Source: Opitutales bacterium (lineage in GTDB: Bacteria > Verrucomicrobiota > Verrucomicrobiia > Opitutales > UBA2987). From it: a stretch of 64,000 nucleotides of DNA. Positions 1 to 11,059 of the stretch are shown one piece after another (within the stretch, counting starts at the first letter, position 1; every line of letters starts with the position of its first letter). The stretch spans positions 1 through 64,000 of the forward strand of contig CBDDEL010000011.1 in assembly GCA_965226885.1 (NCBI GenBank), given 5' to 3'. The position numbers and the translations under genes were made by a program. The notes under the pieces are model-generated. The model did no database searches and was not told where the DNA came from. It worked only from the letters and a program-made list of their open reading frames with translations.

Positions 1-290
1 ACAAGTTTCCAGCCCTCCTTGTCCCTCTTAAAAAAGAGCCAGCGGGTGTTATTGTCGGGCGGGATTCCCTCCAGGGTTTCCAATCCGCTGGCAAACACCT
101 CTTCGCCATAACGCACGATGCAGGTATTTCCATAACACCAGAGCGGGTTGGCGCCATTGTTGGCGTTCACAAAACTGTAAATCTCCTCTTCCACCTCGAC
201 CACAGCCTGGAATCCCGGTTCACGCGAAGCCACCAGGCCATTACAAAAAAACAGGAAAAAACTAAAAAGAAAAATAGCAGGATATTTCAT
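1..290 (-). CDS. Exported hypothetical protein, N-terminal part (runs off window start)
   Basis: Manual translation from ATG 290: MKYPAIFLFSFFLFFCNGLVASREPGFQAVVEVEEEIYSFVNANNGANPLWCYGNTCIVR..., open to base 1, signal-peptide-like start. Confidence 0.7.
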   Translation of the reverse strand, partial: MKYPAIFLFSFFLFFCNGLVASREPGFQAVVEVEEEIYSFVNANNGANPLWCYGNTCIVRYGEEVFASGLETLEGIPPDNNTRWLFFKRDKEGWKL

Positions 291-550
291 AGAACACTTA
301 CCGGTTAATAGTGCTTGAGCGGAAAATTCATAATTGAATTCAGGTATTACTTCAACTGGGCCATACCACAGGATATGGTTCACCTTATGATACATTGAGA
401 TCCTTTCTCAAGAAATGTCTGACGTAGAACAATCAATATTGATTGTGGACAACTACCCCGGCTTCCAACGATAAATAATTAATGATCAAGGAAATTTATT
501 TCTTTTTCCGGTATGGGCCGGGGGTTCAGAAGCGGAAGATTGAATTGGGC

Positions 551-1156
551 ATGGTTGAATTCATGAAAGCCATTGCCAGGGATCTTGATGCGGATGGTTT
601 TGCGGAGCTTCGGACCAGCCTGGTGGGCGATCTGGAGGGAAAGATTCTGGAAATCGGATCGGGGACAGGAGCCACTTTCCCTTATTACGGACCCAAGGCG
701 AATGTTACCACAATCGAGCCAAGCGACGAATTTCGGGCCGCCTCTATAGAAGCCGCTGAAAGCGCCGCAGCCAATATCCGTGTCATTCCGGGTGCGGGGG
801 AGAAACTTCCCTTTCCCGATGCTGCATTTGAAGTGGTGACCACCTCGATGGCCCTGTGCAGCGTAGCCTCGCCCTCCAGGACCCTGGCCGAATTCAAACG
901 AGTCCTTCAACCGGGAGGCCGGCTCCGGCTACTGGAGCACGTCCGCAGCGAGCACTGGCTGGCCGGTCCCCTGCTGGATTTATTCAACCCAATCTGGCTC
1001 CGCATCAACGATATAGGCTGCAACTGGAACCGCCGCACGGTGGAAACCGTCCGCCAAGCCGGATTCACCATCCAGTCAATCGAGTCCCACAAAATCTACT
1101 CCAAAACCGCCCCCGCCACCTTCCCCCTGAGAGTCATCAAGGCCGAGAAGCCTTAA
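551..1156 (+). CDS. Class I SAM-dependent methyltransferase
   Basis: ILEIGSGTG motif I, GEKLPFPDAAFEVV, LQPGG, LEHV; start could be 482 or 551. Confidence 0.88.
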   Translation: MVEFMKAIARDLDADGFAELRTSLVGDLEGKILEIGSGTGATFPYYGPKANVTTIEPSDEFRAASIEAAESAAANIRVIPGAGEKLPFPDAAFEVVTTSMALCSVASPSRTLAEFKRVLQPGGRLRLLEHVRSEHWLAGPLLDLFNPIWLRINDIGCNWNRRTVETVRQAGFTIQSIESHKIYSKTAPATFPLRVIKAEKP

Positions 1157-2161
1157 TAAGCCATTAGAAATTTTTATTCTCTTGTTGATCAATAAATTTC
1201 GATTCGTCTTAATACTATCGGCTGTAAAATTATTTTCTCCATAATAAGTAACGAAAACGCTGTTTTCAACTTATGTCACGAATATTAGAGAATCCTGTGT
1301 CCAGCAATCCCTGTACATCACGGAATGGATCTAGCCCGGATATTTCGTAAAAAAAGTATCGTTGATATGCTTAACTGCTGATATACAGCAGGATAGATCA
1401 ATAATTAAAGCAATATCAGCGATGACAAAAGGTAAACAATTAAAGCTACAGTTGACAAGGGTAAAAGGCCGCCGTGTGCGGGTTGATTTCAAGGGCGGAG
1501 AGGTTACTTCGGATGCCGGACTGCTTTTGATCCGGGAAGTGGATCGGCAGTTGGGCTTGACCGAACGAGCGGCCCGACAGTTAGTGGACAAACGGCAGAA
1601 GGGCAAAGTACGCCATGAGGTATTGGGGATGCTGCGGCAGCGCGTTTACGGGCTGGTGGCGGGCTATGAGGATTTGAACGACTTTGATACCCTGCGCCAC
1701 GATCTATTGTTGCCAACGGTAACGGGGCGCATTGAAACGTTGGCCAGCGCGCCGACTTTGTGTCGTTTTGAAAACGGGCAGGATCGGCGGGCGGCCTTTG
1801 CGGTAAACGAGCTGTTGGTCGAACAGTTCATGGGCTCCTTTGCCGAGGAACCCGAAGAGATCATCCTGGACTTTGACGCCACCGACAATCCGGTGCACGG
1901 GCTCCAGGAGGGACGTTTTTTCCACGGTTATTATGATCATTACTGTTTTCTGCCGCTATATGTTTTTTGCGGTGATCAGCTGCTGGTGGCCTACCTGCGG
2001 CCGAGCAAGATCGATGCCAGCAAGCATGCCGGGGCCATCCTCAAATTGCTGGTTAAACGGATTCGCCAAAGCTGGCCCCGTACGCGGATTATTTGGCGCG
2101 CCGACAGTGGATTTTGTCGAGACCGGATACTCTCTTGGTGCGACCGCAACGAAGTTAGTTA

Positions 2162-3780
2162 GAGGCTGTCCCAAAAGGGTGATTTTTGCGAGGGCTTTTG
2201 ATAGGCGCTCATTTTAGAGGTATTTGCATTTGGGAGAGTATCAACTTTGCTCTCCTATGACGTTAGGATACTGGTTTTGGGGTCCGGTTGCCTGATTTTC
2301 TTTGTATGAGCCGACAGTAAGGCTGTGAAAAAGTATTGTCCTTGCTTTTCCGCTCTCTAGGCCGCCGCTTTGGTTTTTAGTTCGTCTTGCTGGGCCAGCA
2401 TCTTGGCTACTTTCCATAGGTTGTGCGAGAGTACCGACCAGGCTACGCTGATCGAGCGGTTGGCAAAGCCTTTGCTGCGCAACCGCCCGGCCTGCCAGCG
2501 ATTCTTCAATACCCCGATCCGCCCTTCGGTGCTGGCCCGGCGCTTTTGCAATTGTCTGAACAGTGGTTCCTCCATCCGTTTTTTCAACTGCTTCGGATCG
2601 CGTGGACAGAGCGCGTCGTAGATTCCCTCCTGGGCTAACTGCCGGCGGGCCCGCTGGGAGGCAAATCCCCGGTCCGCGCACATGGCCGCTATGGGTTCTT
2701 CCAGGTTGAAGCGGTTCTGTCTTTGCAAACTCTCTTGCATTTGCTCATTTTCGCTTGGAGTTCGGCTGCCGTAGAGTTTCCAGTCCAGCAGGTACCCTTC
2801 AACGCTTTCTCCCAAAAACAGGGTGTTGCCGAACTCGACCTCTTGGCCCGCTTTACCTCGCACAATCACCTGCCCATCGAGTTCGTAAACACTCAAGACT
2901 TTCTCTGCGTTTTTCACCTGGCGGCCGCCAATGATCCGCTCGGGCGCCTGTTTGATGACCACCGGGATTTGCTCGCTCATGCGCTCTATCCGGGCGAGGA
3001 TCTGTTGGACCTGTTTTTCGCTGTAATCGCTTTGCTCCCAGCAGGCTTGCAATAATTCCCGGTGACTGCGGGCATGCTCCCCGATCCGTTTGAGCAGCTT
3101 TTTCATCTGCCTCAAGATACCCTTGCGCTGCCGCGCGCTGTCCTTTCGCCGCCGGCTGTGGGTCATTTGTATGCACAGCCGATTCATCTGCCGAGCCAGA
3201 AGGGCATCGCCCACCACCTCAGTCAAGGTCCGGTGCAAGGCCCTCAACTGCTCTTCGCTGAAAAACTTCGAGGCCCGCTCCAGGGTGCTTTTGGAGATGC
3301 CCCTGATGCCATCGATCTGCCGGACACGGCAAAAGTCGGCCAACAGATCGCTGCTGCCCAGAGCCCGCGACAAATGCCGAAACGAAATCCCTCCGAGCAG
3401 ACGGCCCAGCGTATCCATGCGCAGTGCCTTGATGGCAAAACTGGCCCGCTGCCGCCGGGCCTTTAGACCCATTGGCGGCCACCCCTCCAAGGCCAGCTCA
3501 ATGGCCTGCGATTCCACCTCCGAGTCGATCAGCAGCCGATCGATTCGATCAATGGTGGCGCGGAAGTTATCGTAATCGAGGCACCGGTCGACCACAGTTA
3601 AAGCTGGACGCAGGAGGCATTGGATGGCTATATTTTTCATAGAAAGGGCTATATTGATTTTCGCTAACTCAATTATAGAACCCTTTTTTGGCCGGATCGA
3701 GCAAAAACTTGCTCTTTCCGGCTCTTTTTATCAACGTCATCCAGTTGACTATAAAATCTTTATATTTTTGGGACAGCCTC
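2162..3780 (-). mobile_element. IS5-like (IS4/IS5 DDE superfamily) element, copy A, internally deleted
   Basis: 15-bp IRs GAGGCTGTCCCAAAA; TSD TAGTTA (2156-2161, 3781-3786); 200 bp shorter than copy B. Confidence 0.9.
2357..3640 (-). pseudogene. IS5-like transposase with a 66-aa in-frame deletion
   Basis: 427 aa versus 493 aa in copy B; lacks the CLIDGT segment. Confidence 0.8.
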
Positions 3781-4612
3781 TAGTTACATCGTGGGGATGG
3801 CTCGCAATGCACGCTTGCAGCAAGACGCCCAGCAGTTGCAAAAGCAGGCCAAAGAATGGTTCGAACTAAGGGGTAAAAAACAACGGTTATTCCAGGACTT
3901 CGTCTATGCTGCCGATTCGTGGCGATGGCTGCGGTTGGTCATCCATAAAGCCGAACACACCGCACAGGGGTCCAACCCGCGCTTCGTGGTGACGAACCTG
4001 CCGGGCGATCCCCAGGAGCTTTACGACAAGGTATACTGTGGCCGCGGTGAAATGGAGAACCGAATCAAGGAACAGATGCAATTGTTCAGCGAGCGCACCA
4101 GCGCCCATCAATGGTGGGCCAATCAGTGGCGATTGCTCTTGTCGGCGCTGGCCTACACCTTGATGGAAGCCATGCGCCGGTTAGCCTTAAAAGGGACGAA
4201 GTGGGCGCGGGCCCAATGCCACACCCTGCGGCTCAAATTAATCAAGATCGGAGCGGTCATCGTGCGCAACACCCGAACGATTCACTTTCACCTAAGTGAG
4301 AGTTATCCTTGGGCCAGTCTTTTCAACCATGCGGCCCGCCGATTGGTGCCAACCTAAAGGGTGCATTGGTGCTGCCCCCGGCACTACCGAACCAATGGGG
4401 GAAAGGGGGCAGTGTCTCTACACCCTGAAAAACACCTAAAAATCAAGACGATCTGCTCAAAATACAAAGAAATCCATCTCCAATAGCAATAACGAGCCAA
4501 ACTTTACCCTTCATGAAATATCCGGGTTAGGCATTTGATTAAAATAGGTTGTTTTTCCCGCTTCCTGCGTCGAACATGGATCTTTCATTCTTTGCTGATT
4601 TCTTTTCAACTC

Positions 4613-5410
4613 GTGGACAAACAACTCAAACATCGCATCAACGCCGGACAGGTTGCCGTAAACAACCAGGTGGATTTTTTTCACCGGCAGTTCGGCGATG
4701 TGAAAAGCGATTGGAAAGAAGACGACACCCGTGTGACTTTTGCCGATTTTGCCATTTCGGAGAAAATTTTTGCCGAATTGCGCAAGAGTTTCCCCAAAGA
4801 CGATTATTGTTCGGAGGAGTTCAACCCCATGGACGAGGCGCTGAATTTGCAGGCTCGCTACGCCTGGGTGCTCGATCCCATTGATGGCACAAACAACTAC
4901 GCCCTGGGCATTCCCATCTGCGCCATCTCCCTGGCCTTGTTGAAAAACGGCACCCCGGTTTACGGATTCCTTTACGATATGAGCCGAAAAACCCTCATTA
5001 AAGGCGGTCCCGGCTTGGGACTCCACGAAGGCAGGTTACCGGCAAAGGTGAAAACTTCCCCTATGGACTCTCAAAGTCTGGTGGGCCTGCATTTTCCCCT
5101 GCAGCCAGCTGTTTACGAACAGTTGCAGCCGTTGCTGACCGGGCATCGGCTGCGCAGCCTGGGCAGCGGGGCCTTGAACTTGGCCTATGCGGCAGTGGGG
5201 CGCCTCGACGGGGCCATTGAATACAAAGGTAAAGTTTGGGATATGGCTGCCGCCTATGCCCTTTTAATCGCGGGAGGTGGCGAATTCCATTTTTTAGAGG
5301 AATCTATTTTTCCTTTGAAACAATTTCACCCTCAATTGCCGCCGGTGCCCTTTTTCGCCGGAAGCTCCTCTTTTTGCCAGTATTTGAAAGGAATTTTAAA
5401 CCGGCAGTGA
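4613..5410 (+). CDS. Inositol monophosphatase family protein
   Basis: SEE, WVLDPIDGTNNY, RSLGSGAL and WDMAA motifs; GTG start at 4613 assumed. Confidence 0.9.
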   Translation: MDKQLKHRINAGQVAVNNQVDFFHRQFGDVKSDWKEDDTRVTFADFAISEKIFAELRKSFPKDDYCSEEFNPMDEALNLQARYAWVLDPIDGTNNYALGIPICAISLALLKNGTPVYGFLYDMSRKTLIKGGPGLGLHEGRLPAKVKTSPMDSQSLVGLHFPLQPAVYEQLQPLLTGHRLRSLGSGALNLAYAAVGRLDGAIEYKGKVWDMAAAYALLIAGGGEFHFLEESIFPLKQFHPQLPPVPFFAGSSSFCQYLKGILNRQ

Positions 5411-5442
5411 GATTATAACCCCACCGGCCACCAGCCTCCGGC

Positions 5443-6474
5443 CTAATCGAAAACCGAGAAGTATTCCTCGAAAAACTTGTCCGCATTCACATCCATGGCC
5501 GCATGGTGGCGTCCCCCCGCAGGATCGGGGTTCCAATTGGTGAGCCCCAACCGTTCCTGGTCATCCAATTCGATGGCAAAATTGCCTCTTTCGAACCGGC
5601 AAATGTTGTCGTTAAAAATAACGGTAGCCGCCAGTGGATCGTGAAATTGGAGAACATCCCTTTCATCGAACCATACTTTGGAAAATTCATAAACCGGCTC
5701 CAGGACGGGTATTCCTTTGAATCTTTGACGAACTTCCTCGGGTCTCATCTCTAGACGCAAGGTTACGTCCAGGCCGACTGTTTTGTGCATGGGCGCCTTT
5801 TGACGAAAGACCATAGCCGTGGCGTGTGGATCGACAATGGCATTCCATTCCGTCGCCCCCCACGGGGAAGGGTAGTCGGTATATTTGCCGCACATCATAA
5901 TAAGCCCCTTGAGCAATCCCGGAAGCTCCGCATCCATGGCAAACAAAAGAGCGATATTGGTCAGCGGGCCAATGGTCAGCAAAATCACCTCGCCGGGGTG
6001 GGCGCGTATTTGATCGCGCAGAAAGTCGATAGCCTGTCCTTTCGGGAAATTCCTCTCATGGGGCCAATTTCCCAAGACTATGGCTTGTTCGGCAATTTTC
6101 TGGCGTTGCTCAATGAGCAGTGGCTTCTCTGCACCCACATAGATGGGAATATCTTTTTCGGCTGCCCGGCACAGGGCCGAGGCCAGCCATGCCCTTTTTT
6201 CCGGTTCTCCCGTCACAGTGGTGATGCCCAGCAAATCGCACCGGGGCTGAGACAGCAAGTAGGCCAGGCAAACCGCGTCGTCGATGTCGCTGCCGATGTC
6301 CGTATCGAGCAGGATTTTCACTTTCTCGCCTTCCTGTTGCGGCTTTCCCGAAGCCATTTGCGGAAAAACGGATGCCATCCCCAGGCCGGCCAAAGCGGTT
6401 CCGCTTCGGCGAAGGAAATCCCGGCGGTCAACCACTCCTGAAAATGTTTTCATTCGGTGAAAATCCATGCCCAA
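5443..6474 (-). CDS. Nucleoside hydrolase (IU-NH family) with Tat signal peptide
   Basis: DTDIGSDIDDA, IGPLTNIA, EWN, HDPLA motifs; DRRDFLRR plus hydrophobic stretch; start may be 6453. Confidence 0.9.
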   Translation of the reverse strand: MGMDFHRMKTFSGVVDRRDFLRRSGTALAGLGMASVFPQMASGKPQQEGEKVKILLDTDIGSDIDDAVCLAYLLSQPRCDLLGITTVTGEPEKRAWLASALCRAAEKDIPIYVGAEKPLLIEQRQKIAEQAIVLGNWPHERNFPKGQAIDFLRDQIRAHPGEVILLTIGPLTNIALLFAMDAELPGLLKGLIMMCGKYTDYPSPWGATEWNAIVDPHATAMVFRQKAPMHKTVGLDVTLRLEMRPEEVRQRFKGIPVLEPVYEFSKVWFDERDVLQFHDPLAATVIFNDNICRFERGNFAIELDDQERLGLTNWNPDPAGGRHHAAMDVNADKFFEEYFSVFD

Positions 6475-6581
6475 TGTTTAAAGATCCCAAGTGAATTTTT
6501 TTATCGCAGCGAAGCGGTGAAGATTTGCCGGCAAAGGATTTGGGTGGGATGTTTTTTAACTAACCTAATTTGCATATCAAG

Positions 6582-7424
6582 TTACAGGAGTTTCCCAATT
6601 CTTTGCAGGACGTCTTGGCGAAACCGCTCAATGAAACCCAGCATAAAAGCTTCAACTGAGAGATTTTCATCTTCGATTAATGCCGTTAGATCAATCGCCC
6701 AGATAACGGCGTCGCTCTTATCGACACTATGAGATTCGTGAAATGTCGCATTGGCCCGCCGTCTTCCTGCAACCGCTAGATCATATCGTTTTCCGCCGGA
6801 TATTTGTGAATCGAAGAGTCCCGTAAGGTCCACCGCCAAATTTGGAAATTTACTTGCATCCAGGGCTATTTTATCGGAATCGCAGAGCCAATCAAGACCT
6901 CGCCAGCCTTCGAAGGCGAACGCTTTTTGGGGCCGCTTTTCAAACGGTAACGCACGGATCGCCTCCAGGCTGCGAAGAAAAACCGCCACATGGGTGTCGT
7001 GCTTGTCTGCGGGATTATGGAGGTAAACCGTTTCCGGCTGGGTGGCATCGAGAATTTGCCTGAGGTCGTCTATTACGTCGGGACTACTCCTCACATCCGC
7101 GCTCGCATAACCTAGTTGAATCTGTATATTATATTCGCCCACAACAGCCGCTTTACGCTGCTCCGACCGCCTAACCATAGCCATCTCAGCATCGGTGTAT
7201 TCGGAATAGATGCCCTCGCGTGCGCTTCCGGCGCCGTCGGTCACGGTGACACCCGTAAACCAATTTTCAGATTTTCCGAAGCATTCCGCGACGGCGGGGT
7301 AGCAATTCATCTCGATATCGTCTGGATGGGCCCCGATGCAGAGATGAGTGGTTCGCCTCAAAGCTACATCCAGTTCAGCTCCGTCTGGGACAAAAATATC
7401 TACATTTTTATTTTTTAAGTACAT
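6582..7424 (-). CDS. PIG-L family deacetylase
   Basis: GAHPDD, VTVTDG, RRSEQ, DKHDTH motifs. Confidence 0.88.
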   Translation of the reverse strand: MYLKNKNVDIFVPDGAELDVALRRTTHLCIGAHPDDIEMNCYPAVAECFGKSENWFTGVTVTDGAGSAREGIYSEYTDAEMAMVRRSEQRKAAVVGEYNIQIQLGYASADVRSSPDVIDDLRQILDATQPETVYLHNPADKHDTHVAVFLRSLEAIRALPFEKRPQKAFAFEGWRGLDWLCDSDKIALDASKFPNLAVDLTGLFDSQISGGKRYDLAVAGRRRANATFHESHSVDKSDAVIWAIDLTALIEDENLSVEAFMLGFIERFRQDVLQRIGKLL

Positions 7425-7535
7425 TGAAACTCAATAAATAGTCGTGCAGTCAAAAACCGGTCGGCCGAATATTGAATGGCGCCGGGGGAAGCATGGTTTT
7501 GGGTTTTTCCTATTTTGTCGCAACCCTTGCGGTCG

Positions 7536-8894
7536 TCATACAAAATACCGTTCCAGCGGTTTGGGATCGAGGACTTTTCTTTTTTCGGAAAATGAAGTCA
7601 ATTCATCGTAAAACCACGCTCTTGCCTCCGGATCCCCATGATGGAGTACAATCGCTCGAGGATTCGCATTTTCCGCAAACTTGATCAACTCGCTGCGTTC
7701 GGCATGCCCGCTCAAGTCGAATTTTTCAATGTGCGCCTGCGCCCGGCAGGAGTAATCGATGGCCTCGAATAGAAAAGTATCTCCCGGTTCCGTTGCCAGG
7801 AGCTTGCCGCCCGGAGTGTCCGGATCGTTATAGCCGACAAAGCAAATCCCGTTTTGATGGTGGGACAAAAGACTAGCCGCAACCTGGTAGGATGGGGTGT
7901 GCGCGACCAACATCCCGCTGCTGACAATGTAAAGACCGCTTTCCGCCGGATTGACTCCGAGCTTGAGGCTGTTCGGCAGGCGTTTGACCTTCAGGTCTTT
8001 CAAGATTTGACGGCGAAAATTCAACAGGCCCGTTTTGCGGGATATGCTGTCGAAATAATTGGCCAAATCCATCCCCAGGCCGCTGCAATAAATCGGGCAT
8101 TTCCGCAGTCGCCCTTCTTTGCGGGCCTCATTGGCCAGGCTGAGGATTTCCTGCATGCGCCCAAAAGCGAAGACTGGGATGAGGACTGATCCGCTGTGCG
8201 AGAGGATATGCTCAACCGTGCGGAAAAGACGTTCCACCTCCTTTTGGCGTGTAACGCCTTCGGCACGCTCGGTTCCCCCCCGCGTCGTTTCCAATACCAG
8301 GGTGTCCAACTCGCCCTTGGGGAATCTGGCGCCTGGCAAGGTTTTCTGTTTCGTAAAAAGTACATCTCCAGTAAAAAAAATTTTGCGCCCCTTATATTCA
8401 AGCCCGACACCCGCCGCCCCGGCCACATGACCCGCTTGGTGAAAAGTAACTTTCAATTCGCTTCCATTGTTATGAAAGATACGCGGCCGGTCATAGGCCA
8501 TCGGGAGCATACGGGATTCCATCTTCTTGACCTCCTGGTAAGTGTAGAGCGGCAGCTCCGGCATGTTCAACTCCTCACGCTGGCGTTTCATCACGCTGAT
8601 CGAATTTCTCAGCATCCGCCCGGCCAATTCTCTGGACGGTATGCTCACCAGCAATTGAGCCCGAGGCTGCCTGCGCATCAACACTGGCAATGAGCCCAAA
8701 TGATCGAGGTGGCAATGAGTCAGCATGACGAGGTCCAGGCTATTATCTTCCACCAGGGAGTATTCGGGGATGGAAGCCAGACCCGTCTTTTTAGGATGCA
8801 TCCCCGCATCCACCAGCAGGCGAAAAGGCCCCAACTCCACTAGCATGGAATTGCACCCAATCCCGCCATCCCGGTTTAAATCAGTAAAATTCAT
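7536..8894 (-). CDS. MBL-fold beta-CASP ribonuclease
   Basis: THCHLDH, AGHVAG, FTGD, PVFAFGRMQE, SGHA motifs. Confidence 0.9.
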   Translation of the reverse strand: MNFTDLNRDGGIGCNSMLVELGPFRLLVDAGMHPKKTGLASIPEYSLVEDNSLDLVMLTHCHLDHLGSLPVLMRRQPRAQLLVSIPSRELAGRMLRNSISVMKRQREELNMPELPLYTYQEVKKMESRMLPMAYDRPRIFHNNGSELKVTFHQAGHVAGAAGVGLEYKGRKIFFTGDVLFTKQKTLPGARFPKGELDTLVLETTRGGTERAEGVTRQKEVERLFRTVEHILSHSGSVLIPVFAFGRMQEILSLANEARKEGRLRKCPIYCSGLGMDLANYFDSISRKTGLLNFRRQILKDLKVKRLPNSLKLGVNPAESGLYIVSSGMLVAHTPSYQVAASLLSHHQNGICFVGYNDPDTPGGKLLATEPGDTFLFEAIDYSCRAQAHIEKFDLSGHAERSELIKFAENANPRAIVLHHGDPEARAWFYDELTSFSEKRKVLDPKPLERYFV

Positions 8895-8918
8895 ATCAAT
8901 TCACAGAAACACCTACAC

Positions 8919-9308
8919 TTAAGCCTGTGCAGGTATTTTCATGTTAAAAGGAGGAATTTTCACAAAAACGCGATTCTCAAATTCATCCAGACCGTGAAAA
9001 CTGCCCCGAGCCCGGCAATTGGTTCCCGCCAGATGGAAGCTATTATAAGAAAATTTCTCGCCCGGAGCCAGCAAAGGTGTCTGGCCGACTATTTTATCCC
9101 CCTCCACAACGACCATTTCACCATCATCATGTTCGATCACCCATTTCCGGCCCAACAGTTTAACCGTTCGGTCGGACAAATTCCGAATGGTCAGAAAATA
9201 AATAAAAGCATGGGGCGTTTCCGCAGGATACCGCTCCGCATCTAAATGATGCACCAGCCGGTCCAGAACAACCTCCAGCCCCGGCAATTCAATGGGTGGC
9301 GTTCCCAT
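8919..9308 (-). CDS. apaG: ApaG domain protein
   Basis: FIYFLTIRN, LLGRKWVI, VEGDKIVGQTPLLAPGEKFSYNS. Confidence 0.85.
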   Translation of the reverse strand: MGTPPIELPGLEVVLDRLVHHLDAERYPAETPHAFIYFLTIRNLSDRTVKLLGRKWVIEHDDGEMVVVEGDKIVGQTPLLAPGEKFSYNSFHLAGTNCRARGSFHGLDEFENRVFVKIPPFNMKIPAQA

Positions 9309-9317
9309 GTAGATTTT

Positions 9318-10700
9318 TTAGCCCTTCGGCGTTTTTACGTTTGAGGTTGGTGGTTTCTTGCCCACCTCACCCCAATCGATTTTGCGGGTTAGAAACATGA
9401 CCGCAGCGAGCCCTGCAAAGAGTCCGATGGAGCCAACCAAAAGAGCGTAGTCCTGATTTTTAAGAACCATGTATAAATAACCGTAAAGGACGGCCATGAC
9501 CAGAAAGATCAAGATGGCTCGCTTGGCGCTGCCGAGCACATAAAAGCTATAGCCAGCCGTTACCGCGATTACCGCCAGGCTGGCAATCATATAGGAGATA
9601 TTGAATCCCAGATGTTCGGAAAGTGAAAGTTCGAGCAGATAAAAAAGGCACATGGCGAAGCCCATTAAGAGGTATTGCAACGAGTAAATTCGCACTCCCC
9701 CAATAACCTCGAAAAGCCAAAAACAACCGAACGTAAGGATTAAAAATAATGCTGAGTATTCCACGCTCCTGATAGCCATCCTGTAATGATTGATGGGGGT
9801 GATAAAACCAACACCGAAAAGTGATTTTGGAAGCGCTTTCCCAAAACCGGACGCAGCGGATTTCTGGTCGAAATTTCTTCCCAGGTAGGTGATTTCCCAT
9901 CGTGCGGAGAAACCCTCCGTACGTACGGTTCTTTCCACCGGCAGCCAGTTGCCCCGAAAACTTGGATCCTTCCAGTTCGATTGCAATTTAACAATCGTCT
10001 GTTTACCCAAAGGCGCAAAATGTAGGGCATCGTTTCCATTTAGAGCCAAGGGAAAGGAAAATTCCAGGGCTTCCATTTGCACCCCCCGCCCCAATGGAAC
10101 GTGAATTCCGCTATCGCCTCTCGATTCTCCGGAGCCCGGTAAAAAATCAATCTCCTTCCCATTCCAGGAAAGAACCGTTTTCCCCTGAATTGCCCGGACG
10201 CCGGAAATTTGAACCATCAAATGCGCTCGGTCCCAATAAATATTTTCGGCCGGAACTTCCCAACCTGAAAAATCCGGATTTGAAAATGTCGCCTCAACCT
10301 TTGCCGAAAACCGGTAGAGGGGTATTTTATATATGCCCCTATAACGAATTTCGCTCCTGGCGGTTCCTGTTATTTGGAGGTTGTCGGGGAGAAAGGAAGC
10401 ATGCCTTAGCACGGTTCGGATAATTTCTTCTCCCTCCTTATTATTTTTAGATTCAACTATTTTTATTCGGTAGGGGACAACTAATATGGGGCCGATTATC
10501 TCCTGTGGCCCTCCCCAAATGGAAGTGACTTCGTTTATCGCTCGACTCCTGGTTTCCTGACGCGCAACGATGATGCCCTGAATTCTGAAGACGGCAATTT
10601 GCAGTAACAAAACCAGGAAGCCCAAAAGGATTACTCGAATCAGTGGGGAGGTTTTTACGAACTCCAAAATTCCAGAATTTTGGTCAAAATCCTTTTGCAT
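9318..10700 (-). CDS. creD: Inner membrane protein CreD
   Basis: WGGPQEIIGP, RYRGIY, PSFRGNWLP, QYLLMG, LSLSEH, DYALLVGS, MFLTRKIDW. Confidence 0.9.
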   Translation of the reverse strand: MQKDFDQNSGILEFVKTSPLIRVILLGFLVLLLQIAVFRIQGIIVARQETRSRAINEVTSIWGGPQEIIGPILVVPYRIKIVESKNNKEGEEIIRTVLRHASFLPDNLQITGTARSEIRYRGIYKIPLYRFSAKVEATFSNPDFSGWEVPAENIYWDRAHLMVQISGVRAIQGKTVLSWNGKEIDFLPGSGESRGDSGIHVPLGRGVQMEALEFSFPLALNGNDALHFAPLGKQTIVKLQSNWKDPSFRGNWLPVERTVRTEGFSARWEITYLGRNFDQKSAASGFGKALPKSLFGVGFITPINHYRMAIRSVEYSALFLILTFGCFWLFEVIGGVRIYSLQYLLMGFAMCLFYLLELSLSEHLGFNISYMIASLAVIAVTAGYSFYVLGSAKRAILIFLVMAVLYGYLYMVLKNQDYALLVGSIGLFAGLAAVMFLTRKIDWGEVGKKPPTSNVKTPKG

Positions 10701-11059
10701 AATGGCATTTTGTTGCGGTTTGAACCTACAGTCAAGTTGATTAGGTAATGTGTATAAAAACTAGAATATCAATTGAATATAATTATTATATTGGAATTTA
10801 TGCATAATAATTATCGGAAGTATTTTTTCCAAAACAATGGATTCATTGACCGGAAGGCGGGAGGGCATTAGTCTTTGCTAGTAGTGCTAGCCCGGATATT
10901 TCATGAAGGGTAAAGTTTGGCTCGTTATTGCTATTGGAGATGGATTTCTTTGTATTTTGAGCAGATCGTCTTGATTTTTAGGTGTTTTTCAGGGTGTAGA
11001 GACACTGCCCCCTTTCCCCCATTGGTTCGGTAGTGCCGGGGGCAGCACCAATGCACCCT

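Larger units (their letters stand above)
1422..4357 (+). pseudogene. IS1380 transposase split by IS5-like insertion
   Basis: ORFs 1362..2162 and 3791..4357 join at ...RNEVS/YIVGMARN to give the intact transposase. Confidence 0.93.
1335..4526 (+). mobile_element. IS1380-family element, copy A, interrupted by an IS5-like element
   Basis: Terminal IRs CCCGGATATTTC...GAAATATCCGGG; flanks CTAG (1331-1334) and TTAG (4527-4530); nearly identical to intact copy 33811-35377. Confidence 0.93.
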
